Below, one piece after another: positions 49,536 to 62,490 of a stretch of 64,000 nt of DNA; the first letter of the stretch is position 1; each line of letters opens with the position of its first letter. A program made the position numbers and the translations under genes. The notes under the pieces were generated by a model that saw only the letters and a program-made list of their open reading frames with translations, did no database searches and had not been told where the DNA came from. This DNA is from Lobosporangium transversale (lineage: Eukaryota). The stretch is from assembly GCF_002105155.1 (NCBI RefSeq), contig NW_019028992.1, positions 682,001 to 746,000 of the forward strand. Direction: 5' to 3'.

Positions 49536-51486
49536 GAGGATTCAACTATTTTTTTATAATAGTTTATATCGAGGCTTGTCCTGCGACATATCGCCTCTAG
49601 ACTACTCTATCCATTGCTCCATATAGGTATTGATTATGTTTGCATAGCATGTGTTGAAAAGGCTGGTTCAATTCGAAGGAAATGTATGGCAATCTGATCC
49701 GCCAAAGGTAGCACTTTTTGCGGTTGGTTGCATTGAATGGGTCATCAAGTGAGAGTATAACCAGTTGCCTTACTGAGGCATCTGCTCATGTATTGCTCCC
49801 ATGGGCGCTGCATGTTGTGCTCCAACTTTGCGGACTCCATGAGTAACCTTATCGGTATGATGGACTGCCGTCTTCATAATCCCTTCCATGGATCTAAGTG
49901 CCAATTTATTAATTATTATTGCAACTACTGTGGCGTCGACATTTCTTCAGGCACATCTTCGTAACAACGTCCCCGAGGGTTGGCTCCTATCCTAGGTAAC
50001 AGAGACGCGTTTCTAGAGGGAGAGATAGTTATGGCGGTGAACTCCATGTGAACATGCAACCAAAGATGGTTAATACTATCAAATAATAAATCATCCCTTG
50101 ACCGCCTTGACTCATAAAAAAGTAAATTTTTTCAAGCAATGACCATGGTTATATCAAAGAAAGCGAAAAAAAAAAAAAAAAAAAAAAAAAAAAGTGAATG
50201 AATAACCTTATGAGGTACATCTTTTCTTTGCTGCTTTTATAACCTGCAATAAGGACATTAGCTCATTTTTTTCTTTGTAGGCGTACTTGCTTGGCTACTA
50301 GTCCTATGGACTCTATTGTAAAAATGGACGTATTATTTTCATGCGATGTAACAGCATATATATATATTTATGCGATATTATTCGTGATCATTTCTTCAGC
50401 CTGTGGTAGCGAAGGGACAATCTTCCTGGATACAACAAAGAATGCTAGCAGCGAGAAGCACAGGTACAAAGTCGAGCCAGGGTCAAAGCACAACACCGGA
50501 CTGCACCCAGAGCAGCAAGTAGCTAGTGATATCTTTGCTTCGTAATAAACCAGACGGTTCTCTGTGATGTAATTCAGGCATATGTTGTGCTATTCTTCAA
50601 TGTGTCGTTCTGTTTAAAACTATAAAACGGCGATTATGATGCACGTGCCATGTGAAGGCCCCAGTCTGGCCATCTTTTTTCTATCTCTCAAGTAGCTCTC
50701 AAAATGTTTTTCACCATTAGAGATGGTCGCTTTGATCCTAAAATGTTGAATTCACTCTGGACTCTGGTTGTGAGCGGGAAAGGGGGGGAGCAGAATTTTT
50801 CCTGACATTCTTTTTTGGAAAGGACATGCACATAGACGGATTAAATCTCGGTAACTTTCCAGTTTTTGTTGAAACCTTAATTGCAATAAAATCATTGCAT
50901 GGACATTCGTTCATTTTTTTCTGTGCTCATATTTTTAGGCTGCTGTCCATAGAAAGAGAGGAATGAGAGGCCAAAAAAACAAAGCATTTTTACATTCAGA
51001 CATGTGCAAAGGTGCAAAAGAGGCAAGCTGCACTATATTTTATGGCTATTAAGTAAAAAAGAGAATACCTGGGGCTCCATGGCTTGTGAAATCGGATTTT
51101 CTTATCGGTGAAATACATATTAATTAATTATTTTGTGCTCCATCAGCTCGAGTTGGGTTGCCAGAGTGATAAAAAGTGCTGTCTTATTGTGCGTGCCACT
51201 AAGTAAAGAAGATTACACAAACGATCTAAAGTCATTTTTCCGTAATACATTTACACGAATTACATGATTTACAAGTCGTTGATGATTTGATAATATATAT
51301 TTTTTTGTCTTTGCAAACGAGCTTTTCTTCAAGCCCTTATTTTATTACAGAAGGAGAGGATTCATGAACGGACCAACGAGTGAGGAAGAACACATGTACA
51401 TGTACATGTATATGTAGAATAACATAACCTCCTATTCCCGACAGGAAGAAGTGGCCAGCTGATGTTTTATTACATATTCATATCCA

Positions 51487-51677
51487 TATACTCCGTCCCA
51501 TTTGGTCAGTGATTCATATATTTTCTGAATAATCTTGATTGAATTGGGAGCCAATTATATTCATTGGCACCAGTTAGTCACGGAGGGTGAAATGTCAAAA
51601 TCAGCCACCAAATCAATTCAATCATCATTTTTTGAATAGAAAATATATGGATCACTGACCAAACGAGTTGGAGGATA
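51487..51677. mobile_element. MITE-like inverted-repeat element (~190 bp)
   Basis: TTTGGTCAGTGATTCATATATTTTCT (51501-51526) vs AGAAAATATATGGATCACTGACCAAA (51638-51663): 25/26 inverted match; inner TGATTGAATTG/CAATTCAATCA pair; outer TATACTCC../..GGAGGATA. Confidence 0.6.
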
Positions 51678-52205
51678 TTCATGTTATAACAAAAAGATGG
51701 ATTTTTTTTTTTTTATTGACGAGAGCCTGAGTGTGGAATGATAGGTCAATGACAAAAGTGAGTATTGTTTATTGAATGGCGGGATATCGAGAAAAAGAGA
51801 AACCATATTCTATTTTCGTTTTTCTGGTGTCATCAAGGGAACTTTTCTGCAACAATGGAATGGACTGAACGTTTGGCTAATCTAAACCTAAAAGCAGCAG
51901 TTATTTTTCGCCTCTCAACAGTCTCACAGGTACAACTAAGTGATGGCCATCGCGTGCATATCAAAACAAAGCAGTGAGCAGCAGAGCAGTGGAGCAAATC
52001 AAGACCGAGTAAGCGATTTTCTCTTCTAATCCAGGGAAGTTCCTGGTTGTTGGGTAATACTATAAAAGACACGGATATCCGCTTCAAAAACGACTTCCTT
52101 GAACAACTCTGACCCAACGTTTCCCACTCACATTTCTTGTTTACTTGTCCTCTTCCCCCTCTCTCTCTTTAACCTTTCACTCATCCAAACCTCATAATAC
52201 CAACC

Positions 52206-52850
52206 ATGAAGTCCATTGCTATCTTCGCTGCCGCCGCTCTCATCTCTGCTGTCGCTGCTCAGGACGAGGGCCGTCTCGCTTACTCCGAGCCCGTTCAGTC
52301 CACTGTCTGGACCGCTGGTCAGACTCACACTGTCACCTGGACCAACAACTGCCACGCCGATAACGATAAGGATTTGAACATTGCTCTCTACATCGGTACT
52401 GGTGGAAATAACGGTACTGAGCAGGTCCTTGTCCCAGGTATTGGTGCTATCGGTGTCTTGAACTGCGTTAAGAGCAAGTCCGCCAAGGTCACCCTTCCCG
52501 CTACCTTGACAACCAGCAACTTGTACAGCATCCACGTTGACACTTATCCTCTCCAGTCGTACGGCGGTCCTTTCACCATCAAAGGTGTCGATCCCGTGAC
52601 CCCTCCTGGCCCCTCAGGCGCCCCTGGCCCCTCAGGTGCCCCTGTCCCCTCTGGCGCCCCTGCCCCCTCAGGCGGTGTCTCTGGCGCTCCTGTCCCCACC
52701 TCTACCGTCACTACTACCACCGCTGCTACTACAGCTGGTGCCTCGCCTACGGCTAGCTCTGATAAGAAGGAGGGCGCTGCTGGCTCCCTCAAGACTCTTG
52801 GCGCCACTGCTGCTGTCCTTGCCGCCGCTGTTGGCGCCATGTTCTTGTAA
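52206..52850 (+). CDS. Secreted GPI-anchored Ser/Thr/Pro-rich cell-surface protein (Kre9/Knh1-like N-terminal domain)
   Basis: Signal peptide MKSIAIFAAAALISAVAA; P..STVWTAGQTHTVTW..YGGPFTIKG domain; GPSGAP repeats; small-residue omega region and hydrophobic tail; TATAAAA at 52061. Confidence 0.85.
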   Translation: MKSIAIFAAAALISAVAAQDEGRLAYSEPVQSTVWTAGQTHTVTWTNNCHADNDKDLNIALYIGTGGNNGTEQVLVPGIGAIGVLNCVKSKSAKVTLPATLTTSNLYSIHVDTYPLQSYGGPFTIKGVDPVTPPGPSGAPGPSGAPVPSGAPAPSGGVSGAPVPTSTVTTTTAATTAGASPTASSDKKEGAAGSLKTLGATAAVLAAAVGAMFL

Positions 52851-53421
52851 AAAAAAAAAAAGAAAGGATAATTAGACTTGTCGTGTATGCGACTCTTTCA
52901 GTTGCATACTTGCATAGATACCTACACATTACAAGAATAACTTAGCCACTCATCATTTCTCATTTTTCACCACACCGTAATATTAATAAACAGACATGTA
53001 AACATATAAAAACCTGGTTCCTTGATCTAGATACTCGTTTTTTTTTTTTTATTTTTTTTTATTTTTTATTACTAAAACATTAAACCAGCAATGCTAGACC
53101 GGATCCATCTCCAATAATGATTATCTCTCGAATGGAGCATCTCAGACATTTTCTCCAACAGAGTCCGCGAACTGAAATACGTAATATGATAGTATTAGTG
53201 GATACTCTGAGTAGACTGTAAAATTCAACAAGATTTGCTCCTCTGAAAGACAGTTCAACAGAATCATCTAGCAAAGAATGTAGGTTACACATAATTTATT
53301 GAACTCTTGGTTTTCACATTACACATTTATAATACCTAGGCTCACATGTTCGTTTTTGATTACAGATATATATTAACGTTGTTTTATTTTTTATTTTTTA
53401 TTTTTTTAACAAAGGCTCAAG

Positions 53422-53923
53422 ATGGAGATATCAGAAGAGAGCCATCAACATCTAGACCACAAGGCGTCGTCGCCGCTTTTCCTTGGATTTGATTTGTCGA
53501 CACAACAGCTGAAGGTCATCGCGTTACATTCTGTTCCACAGAAGAATAAGACGAATCAAGATGGAGTAACATCAGTGCTTGAGACACATTCCTCATTCGC
53601 TGTTCATTTCGACTCGGACTTGCCACAGTACAAGACTTGTGGAGGGGTCACCTCTTTTGAACATCTAAATGATAACAGGAACAGAGATGATGTTCGAACA
53701 ACGCCAGTGCTCCTGTGGATTGAAGCACTTCAATTGGTCTTGGATAAAATGAAGGATCAAGGATTCCCATTTGAACGCGTACAAGCAATCTCGGGAGCTG
53801 CCCAGGTATTGCATATTTATTTCCATTGTTTTTGTTATTATCATTCTTAATTGTTCTCATGCTTCTCAAATCACTCAGTATCAAATTAACAAACATTGAC
53901 AAATTAATAAAAACCACATCGTG

Positions 53924-53958
<35 letters not shown>

Positions 53959-54375
53959 TATCAACCATGTAGCAACACGGTAGCGTTTACTGGGCCAAGA
54001 AAGAGGCGCAAAACGCATTTCAGACCATGCAATCTATGAAATGCGACAACCAATCAATGTCTTCATCGTCGTACTCTCTTGTGGATATATTCAAAAACGC
54101 TTTTGCAGTGGCAGAGTCACCCATTTGGCAAGACACAAGTACCACTAGACAATGTGAAGAAATTGAAGAGTATCTAGGCAGTCTTGTTGCGCAGTCACAA
54201 GGAAAGAATTCTTATTCATCATCAACATCGCTTAGACGTCTCGGACAACAGCGCCTAGCAGAGCTGACGGGATCGCGTGCTTATGAGCGTTATACGGGGA
54301 ACCAGATATCCAAGGTATCATATGGGTATAAGAATGTCTACAGCACAAAGGGCATTTTAGTCCGCATGGTTCTAG

Positions 54376-54406
<31 letters not shown>

Positions 54407-55881
54407 TTCTTACTGGGATTTTTATGCCTTAGATTATTCAAAAGAAGCCCGACATCTACAATGCTACTGAAAGGATCTCGTTAGTAAGTTCCTTTCTGGC
54501 ATCGTTATTGATGGCACAGTATGCTATGATCGACATGGCTGATGGATCGGGTATGAATCTGCTCAACATCGAGACCAAGACATGGGATCCACTACTGACA
54601 AAGTTCGTCGGACGGGGTGGCCATAAAAACGGAGATGAGAAGGATAAAGCCCTTAGCTTGGTGGAGAAATTAGGAGAAGTGGATGCGACTGGTAGGAAGA
54701 TCCAAGGAACATTGAGCAAGTGGTACGTGGAACGATACGGATTTCGGAACGGTAAGTCAGGCCCCTCCAAATAGAAGACTTAGGATCTTTAGACTGGTGC
54801 AATAGGCTATAAAAGAAGCATTCTCTCCTAACTAGAAATGAAAAACTTTATTGCATTTCAAACGTGTTCAGACGTCAACATTGTAACCTTCACAGGAGAC
54901 AACCCTGCCACAGTTATGGCGATGCATGCAGAGCAAGGAGATGCAATCGTCAGTCTGGGAACTAGTGATACCCTCCTTCTTTACACAGATAGCCGTGGTG
55001 TCTCAACTCGATCGCTATCTTCCGATGATTCGGAGAGTCAGCAAGAGCAACAACGACAGCAACAGCAAGGGCGACGACAGGATCAGGAGATGGAAACAAA
55101 TCAGGCGGACGCTAGACTCTCTATTGGATATCTTTGTCATCCTGTAGATCCCAATGGATACTTAATGCTCTATTGTGCCAAGAACGGGTCCTTGGCAAGG
55201 GAGAAAGTAAGAGATATGTATGCAAACGGTGACTGGGACCAATTTAATCGATATTTAACAAAGCAAGAGGATCAGGAAGATACCAAGAGAAATATTGGAT
55301 TCTACTTCTTTGACAGAGAGATCTGGCCGCCAGTCCAAGGCTTGTACCGATTTCAAGAAGGAGTTCTTGTTCAGGAATTTGATTTTAAGAATAGTGATAG
55401 CAACACCAATCAGCAGCAGCAGCAACAAGCTAACGTGATGGCAATTTGTGAATCACAATTCTTGAGTATGAGGACCCGATCAAGCCAGATAGGCTCCTCA
55501 ACAATAAGAACATTGGCGCCGCCTGGAATCTCAAGGATCTTAGCCACAGGTGGAGCGTCCTCGAATCCAGCCATTCTTCAATTGCTCTCTAATGTCTTTG
55601 GTGTTCCGGTTATGAGAACAAACCAAAATGAGCAGAAGGGGGCTGGTTCTGCCGCTTGGGGAGCTGCTAGGAAAGCTTATCTCTATGGTCAGCGTTCAAG
55701 CTCCGCTATTTATGAGTCTGGTGATAAGAATATGCAAAATAACGGCAGCAGTGGAGTTGACATAGCGAATGAGAAGAGCACTATAGAACCGGATCTGGAT
55801 CAGACGAGAAAGTATGTGGAGCTTATTCCCGAGTTTATACGGCTTGAATGCACCCTCTTACAGCGATATTCTAAACAATAA
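53422..55881 (+). CDS. XKS1: Xylulokinase (FGGY family); exons 53422-53805, 53973-54314, 54433-54751, 54872-55881
   Basis: LFLGFDLSTQQLK, ISGAAQ-QHGSVYW, SPIWQDTST, TGSRAYERYTG, ISLVSSFLAS, DGSGMNL, FTGDNP, SLGTSDT, KNGSLARE, ATGGASSN. Confidence 0.95.
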
Positions 55882-55989
55882 ATATTTAATCATATGAAGA
55901 ATAAATGCATTTTCTCGGCTCTCTACATTATACGTCCGTACGTTACGTCCCTTCTGTGGTCATCTTGTGTGATTTTATCCATAGTCGAC

Positions 55990-56024
<35 letters not shown>

Positions 56025-56392
56025 AATGAATGTCTCGCTCGTAGAAGGGGAAAAAAAAAAGTTAGTTCTCCTTATCTTCAGAATGCAGGATAGCTACTAA
56101 GCCTTTAAAGTCCATTCTCTTGCATTTAATATCCCATGTGCCTTCTAAAATAACCAGAGCCATAGCTCCAGTCCTATATAGTACCCGTTTGCTCTCTGTG
56201 ATGATAAGGTATATAATGGCAAATTAATCAAACTCAAGTGCATTCAACAGTCGATTAAGGGTCATGCGACGCGCAATTAGGAACGCGCAACACGTCCTCC
56301 ACGCGGCCAAAGCCCACGCGGCAATAATAATTAAAGGAGAGCTTCTTTTTCTTTTTCTCTTTTTTATTAAACAGAAAATACACACAAACACA

Positions 56393-57352
56393 ATGGTAAA
56401 ATACACATGAAGTCATTCTACAGCTCATTCGACATTATATGGCAGGCATACGTGTCTGATCTAGAATTGGAATCGCATTTTGACTTTTTTTTAGGATTTC
56501 GAAGACGACCATCACAGGTACCAATCGAGTGACGAGGAAGACTTTCAGGAGTCCCTAGATAAGGCCGTAACTTTACCAAAGCCAATCTTCCTGTGGCGCG
56601 ATACAGCGGCCATAAAACCGGCTACTACTACTACTGGATCAACTTCAACATCTTCATCAATATCCAGCCCAAAATCATGTTCTACCTTGATCATTGGAAC
56701 AGCGTTTGGTGGTAGTGCGCTGTTGCATACGATCAAAGAAAAGACCTTATTGGGCTCCATTATCTTGCCAGGCATTGACTTGGTGCGTGATCCGACTGTT
56801 CATTTCTCTTTTTTTGTTTTTTAATGTTGTTTTATAATAACGCAACAATCTAATAATACTTATGAATATTTTTTATTCTTTTGGATGGGGTGGCAGAAAG
56901 AAAATAATGCTGATATTAATTCGCCAAGGAACGCTAATTGCAATATTTACGAGCTGAATTCAGATCCTACAGTGATCTTTATCCCATGCAACTACGAAGT
57001 CAAAGACAAGGATAGCCTTAATTTCGCAAGGGCTATCTTACAAAACATTCAAGCAACCAGGTAAGGAAAAAGCAAAAGTAAGAAGCAGAAGTGGAAGAAG
57101 AGAGAATGAAAAAAAGTTGTTATTAATCACGAATCATTGTTGTTGTTGCTTTTGTTACTTTTGATACCTTAGGATTATTATCCTCGACACGTTTTCACCA
57201 TCTTCATATTTTACAGGATCAGCGAATGTGGAGTATAATTACCCATGGCTGAGGTTGTTACAAACAACTGGCTCAACCATTGTTAATGAGATCCCTACAC
57301 TCGAAGTACCAAATTTGGTTCAAAACCTTAGTGCCGCGCTCATGTCATATGT

Positions 57353-57394
<42 letters not shown>

Positions 57395-57707
57395 TGAATA
57401 ATTGTGTTGTTTGCTAAAACGAACACGATGGCTAACCATTTCTTCTCATTATATAAACTTTATATGGCTTTATACATAGTGTGAGGTGCGAGGAATGACT
57501 AACACATATTTACTTCTCAGTCTTCAAGAGTTTATCTACGGAAAAGTGCTGACAACGTCTGGGACATTACGTGGCTTGAAAGAAGGGTTGGCTAATCTTG
57601 GATGTCCCGTGGTGGCGAACCAAGTTGATGTGGCTAGTGCTGTGCGATTGATCCAAGATAAGCGCGTAGGCTCGAATCGCATAAGAGATGATCGCCTTTA
57701 TGCGTAA
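56393..57707 (+). CDS. PSMG1: Proteasome assembly chaperone 1 (PAC1/PSMG1/Pba1-like); exons ~56393-56395 (ATG only), 56495-56782, 56897-57060, 57173-57350, 57480-57707
   Basis: Spliced product M-DFEDDHHRYQSSDEED..CSTLIIG..CNIYEL..IIILDT..LRLLQT..LEVPNLVQNLSAALMSY-CEVRG..DDRLYA. LE.PN.V..L.AA..SYC is PAC1-like and the C-terminus is an HbYX motif. Mostly missed by the ORF track. Confidence 0.8.
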
Positions 57708-58626
57708 TGCCAAAAAATAAAAATAAAAAAAGGAGGCAAATCCAACGCCCATCCATTATGATTAAGCACAAGTAGCCAGAGATAAATAAATAAATAAACA
57801 ATAATATCTACTCATAATAAGAAACAAGGACAAGTTCATCATGTTCGGAGAGAAAATAGAGTCCTATTACAAAAAGCTCTTTGCATTGGTACGAAACAAG
57901 CTGCATATTTGTTGTCGTCCATGTCTTTTGTTCTTGTATGATTGTCCAATCACACGCTGCGATCGTGGGCTGATAAGCGAAATTGAGTGCGAAGAGATAC
58001 GGGCTCGCGTATGTAGGAGTCGTTGAGGATACAGAGATATGAACACGCCAACTCAATTGTGGGGTGCGTAGTTGAGATGAGAAGGTAAATGACGATGTTA
58101 TTGTTAATGGCATCTTTTTATTTTTTGTTATCTTAATTCCTATTGCTTTTCTTAATCATTTTCTTCTGTTGACCGTGCATCTTCACTAAGTTCATGACAT
58201 GCACTGTTATCAGCTCATTTATAGCCTAAATTACTCGGGTGTGTTACATGTAAACATTCACTATCCCATCTTTCATGTATATGAATATATACGCTTTTAC
58301 CGATAGGAGTAGTCCGTTGGTTGAATTGAATCAACAGATCGCTCAGATACCTTTCTAAGAAAGAAAGAAAAAAAAAATTTCCCCCACCCCCTTGGATCAT
58401 CTTATCTTTTTCGTGCCTTAATTGATTGATTTGACTGGCTTTTTTTTTTTTTTTTTTTTTTTATATTTCTCTCTTCCTTTTTTCTTTCTCTTTTCTTCCT
58501 TCTTTTTATACCATTCTTCACTTCACATCCTCACGCTATCATTTACGTTGTTCTACTCCAACATATCAACATACCGTCATTAATCTCATTCTCATCCTTA
58601 TCCTCATCCTCGAACTATATTACATC

Positions 58627-60465
58627 ATGAGATTAGTTATTCGCAAAGACTATGACGCTGTTTCATACCATGTCGGTAAAGTGTTTTCCATAGTCCATAT
58701 TTGAACATCCCTTGGCATTGCCTTGTAATAGAGACAAGAAACGTTGTCTCTTAGATTTTTTAAATTATTTTCCAAATTATTTTGATATTCTTTTTTATTC
58801 ATTTCTCTTACTTTCCTTGCAATTATGATAGCCAAGTATGTACTGGAGCGCATCAAAGAGTTTGCTCCAACAGAGTCGAAACCATTTGTTCTTGGTCTCC
58901 CAACTGGGTCATCACCTATTGGTGTTTATCGCAATCTCGTTAAATTTCATCAGGCAGGAGAGCTTTCTTTCAGACACATTATCACCTTTAACATGGATGA
59001 ATACGTTGGATTACCCAGGTAAGGGAGAAAGGAGATTCGTGTTTTTTTTATTCCTTAGACCTGATGAGATAAGCAAAAACAAACAGACTATGAAAGGGAA
59101 GAATGGAGAGGGGCGTTTTTTGTGAATATTTCACAAGGTTAAGTAGGGTGGGAATAAAAATGTTTTCGGCTCAATCAACTAACCTTTTTTTTTTTTTTTT
59201 TCCTTTTTCCTTTTTAAAAGAGATCACCCCGAGTCATACCACACATTCATGTGGAACAACCTCTTCCGATATATCGACATCCCACCAGAAAATGTTAATA
59301 TCCTCGACGGCAACGCAGTAGATCTGGATCTTGAATGTCAACTCTATGAAGAAAAGATTGCAGCAGTGGGCGGAATTGAATTGTTTTTAGGCGGTATCGG
59401 CCCCGATGGTCACATCGCATTCAATGAACCAGGCTCATCGCTCAGCTCACGAACCCGTGTCAAGACTCTTGCGTACGAAACGATCGTTGCCAATGCTCGT
59501 TTTTTTGACAATGATATCACAAAGGTTCCAAACTTGGCATTGACTGTCGGTGTCGGGTAAAGTGTCTTTTATAACTTTTTTTTCATAAACAATAATTGTA
59601 TTTTCAGTTTAATTTTCCTCAACAGTCTGGACAGGGCATGGCAAGGCGCAAAGAAGGGATAAAAAAAAAAAACAGACATGGCTGAGGAACCCCGGAACAA
59701 TCAACTCTCAGATGTTTACCATTTTAAGGCACCAGGATTTCAGGCTAGCATGGTCTACAATGAGTTACATGTGTGACTTGACTTTGGCTCGGCAAAAAGA
59801 AACCCGACCGGCTTGCTTGCACTAGAAAAAAAACGACACTCTTTACTGCACCAATACCCCAGCTTCTATCCATTCCATCAACCTTCATGTTAACATGGTG
59901 GTACAATCCTTTGCAAAGCACAACCTTATTTCTTTTACCACCTTCTGATATTTTTCTTTTCACTAAATGTTTAACCATTTTCCATACCCTTGACCTGACT
60001 TTTTTTTTTTTTTTTTTTTTTTTTTTCCCTCTATTTTAGTACGATCATTGATGCCCGTGAGGTTTGTATCATAATCACTGGCGCACACAAAGCACTGGCA
60101 TTGGCCAAGTGTATTGAGGAAGGGATGAACCACATGTGGACTGTTTCCGCTATTCAGGTTCATCCACGGGGTATGATTGTATGTGATGAGGATGCAACAC
60201 TGGAACTCCACGTCAAAACTGTAAACTACTTCAAATCGATTGAAAAGGTTCATGAACAATTACTAGGCGCGCATAATGTAAGTTTCTTGCAAGAATATGG
60301 GTAATGAAGGAGGAAGAAAAGAAAAAAACGTCTATGTCCATATTCATATTTTTGTATTCGCCATATCCAGGAGGACAGGGGTTATATTTGTGGAGAGATA
60401 AGGAGTAAATATTGATATTCGCCATTTTTTTTTGGTTTTCATTCTAGATCGCAACACAAGAATAA
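58627..60465 (+). CDS. NAG1: Glucosamine-6-phosphate deaminase; exons ~58627-58675, 58832-59018, 59221-59556, 60039-60277, 60448-60465
   Basis: [85 protein letters not shown]. Confidence 0.97.
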
Positions 60466-61382
60466 AAAAAAAGTGTCTGTGTAGACATATCACGTGCAAT
60501 CCAAATAGTTTAAATTCAACTTTGCTTTGGGGGCAGCGTTTGCTCCCTCTCTAAAACTTGTTCAAAGGTGCGTCTGCGAACTGCGTATGGATTCCAGGAT
60601 TTATCTTCATCCATCCATCCTATTCATCTATCCTATTCATCTATCCATCCATCCATTCATCCGAACCCTTCTCAACTCTCAACAATTGTTCATCCAAGTG
60701 TTGAATAAACATCTCAATCATGGATATCAACTGCTTAAATGTCATTGACAATAAGGATGCTAAGGAGTTTTCTGATCTTGGAGATTTATTTTTTATAAAT
60801 TGATCTTTTGATCTTTTATAAAAAAATTCGACCCAACGATGGTCCTGCACCCTTTTTTGTTATAGACTTCACCGATCGTTTTATTTTGTTTGGCTAGCTT
60901 TGTCAATTCGCTATCCCTCTATCCCCTTCCATATTTTTCCTACTATGAGAAGGGGAGGCTATCAAAAACTTCCATGCCACTTTCGCTGCCCAACTTTGCA
61001 AACAGACCAGAACTGCTCTCATAATAAATCTTTCGAACTTCTTATCCTTTTTATTTATTTATTTATTTTTTTTTTGCCAAGAATAAATAAAATAAATAAA
61101 AAGGATGATGACAGCCACAAAGAGCTTATGATACATTGCAGAGCTCGGTCTTTGGGCCTTGACTGATATTTCTTTATGAATCGCTCCTGTATTAAAATCC
61201 AAGGAGATTGACACTCATATGAGAAAATCACGTTATTCACTTTTATTTATTTTTTTATTTTTTTTTTCTTTTCTTCTTCTTCTCTTCTACCTTTTGGTTT
61301 ATTATGTTATTTTTATTATTATTATTATTATTCTGGGGGATTTTTATTATATGTATTCAGAAGCAAAAAAAATTTGTCCAAA

Positions 61383-61856
61383 ATGGTCCGCATCTCCGTC
61401 TTGAACGACTGCCTCAACAACATCAACAATGCCGAGAAGCGCGGTAAGCGCCAGGTCTTGATCCGTCCTTCCTCCAAGGTCATTGTCAAGTTCTTGTCTT
61501 TGATGCAGAAGCATGGTACGTTTTAGTGTTTTTAATTCTTTTAATGTATTTTCCTTTTATTTTATATTTTTGATATCATTTGATTTGATTTTGTTTTTTA
61601 AGGCACCGGAGTATAACTGGATGTGTGGTGCTTGCAAAGATTATTGGTTTTTGCTTCTTTTTTCATCATGCATCTTTTAAGCCTTCGGGAGAACAACTAC
61701 ACTACTTACAAGCTGCGGGCATACAAATTTATTTATTATCTTTGTTTTCGTGGCCTGTAGCCTTTAAATAGTGGAGATATATATTTACATTACTTCTTTT
61801 AATGATTATTATTACTTTATTCATGAAAATGGATTGGAAATATTAATTTACAAATG

Positions 61857-61903
<47 letters not shown>

Positions 61904-62162
61904 TTACATTGGCGAGTTTGAGGAGATCGATGATCACCGTTCCAACAAGATTGTTGTCCAGCTCATCGGACGTATCAATAAGACTGGAGTGATCTCTCCT
62001 CGTTTCAACATCAAGTTGAACGAGATTGAGAAGTGGATCGCCCGTCTCTTGCCCTCGCGTCAGTTCGGTTATATCATCCTCACCACCTCTGCTGGCATCA
62101 TGGACCACGAGGAGGCTCGTCGTCGCCACACCGGAGGAAAGGTTTTGGGTTACTTCTATTAA
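61383..62162 (+). CDS. RPS22: 40S ribosomal protein uS8 (S22/S15A); exons 61383-61515, 61903-62162
   Basis: [91 protein letters not shown]. Confidence 0.98.
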
Positions 62163-62490
62163 AGAAAGAAAAAATAAACCAAGAAAAGAGAACCTAGTCT
62201 AGCGGTAACCAGTGGTACTCCCTCCCACCCTCTTTTTTTTTTGGATCCTATGAACATTATTAAAGAACAAAACTGAAGGCGGTTATACGCTTTACTAAAC
62301 AGTCATTTGCTATCATATAATTTTATTATTTCGGTTTGTTGTTGGTAGTAATAAGTTGAGAAGTAGGGCTACGGCGTTTATTTTTCGGATGTATCAAAAT
62401 TGAATGTTTGAGGTGTTTTTTTTTTTTTTTTTTTTTTTTTTTGCCCTGTTCGATCACAACCTTCTCCTTAGCCTTCACTGAGTCGCTTCT

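Noticed and set aside
20129..55881. RPE1 and XKS1 as a xylulose-5-phosphate cluster; three ribosomal protein genes in the window
   Set aside because: Separated by many unrelated genes; compatible with chance.
59680..60000. TPP-riboswitch-like words (GCTGAG ... ATACCCTTGACCTGA) in NAG1 intron 3
   Set aside because: The downstream P5/P1 elements are absent (poly-T follows), CTGAC is better explained as the branch point, and the gene is unrelated to thiamine.
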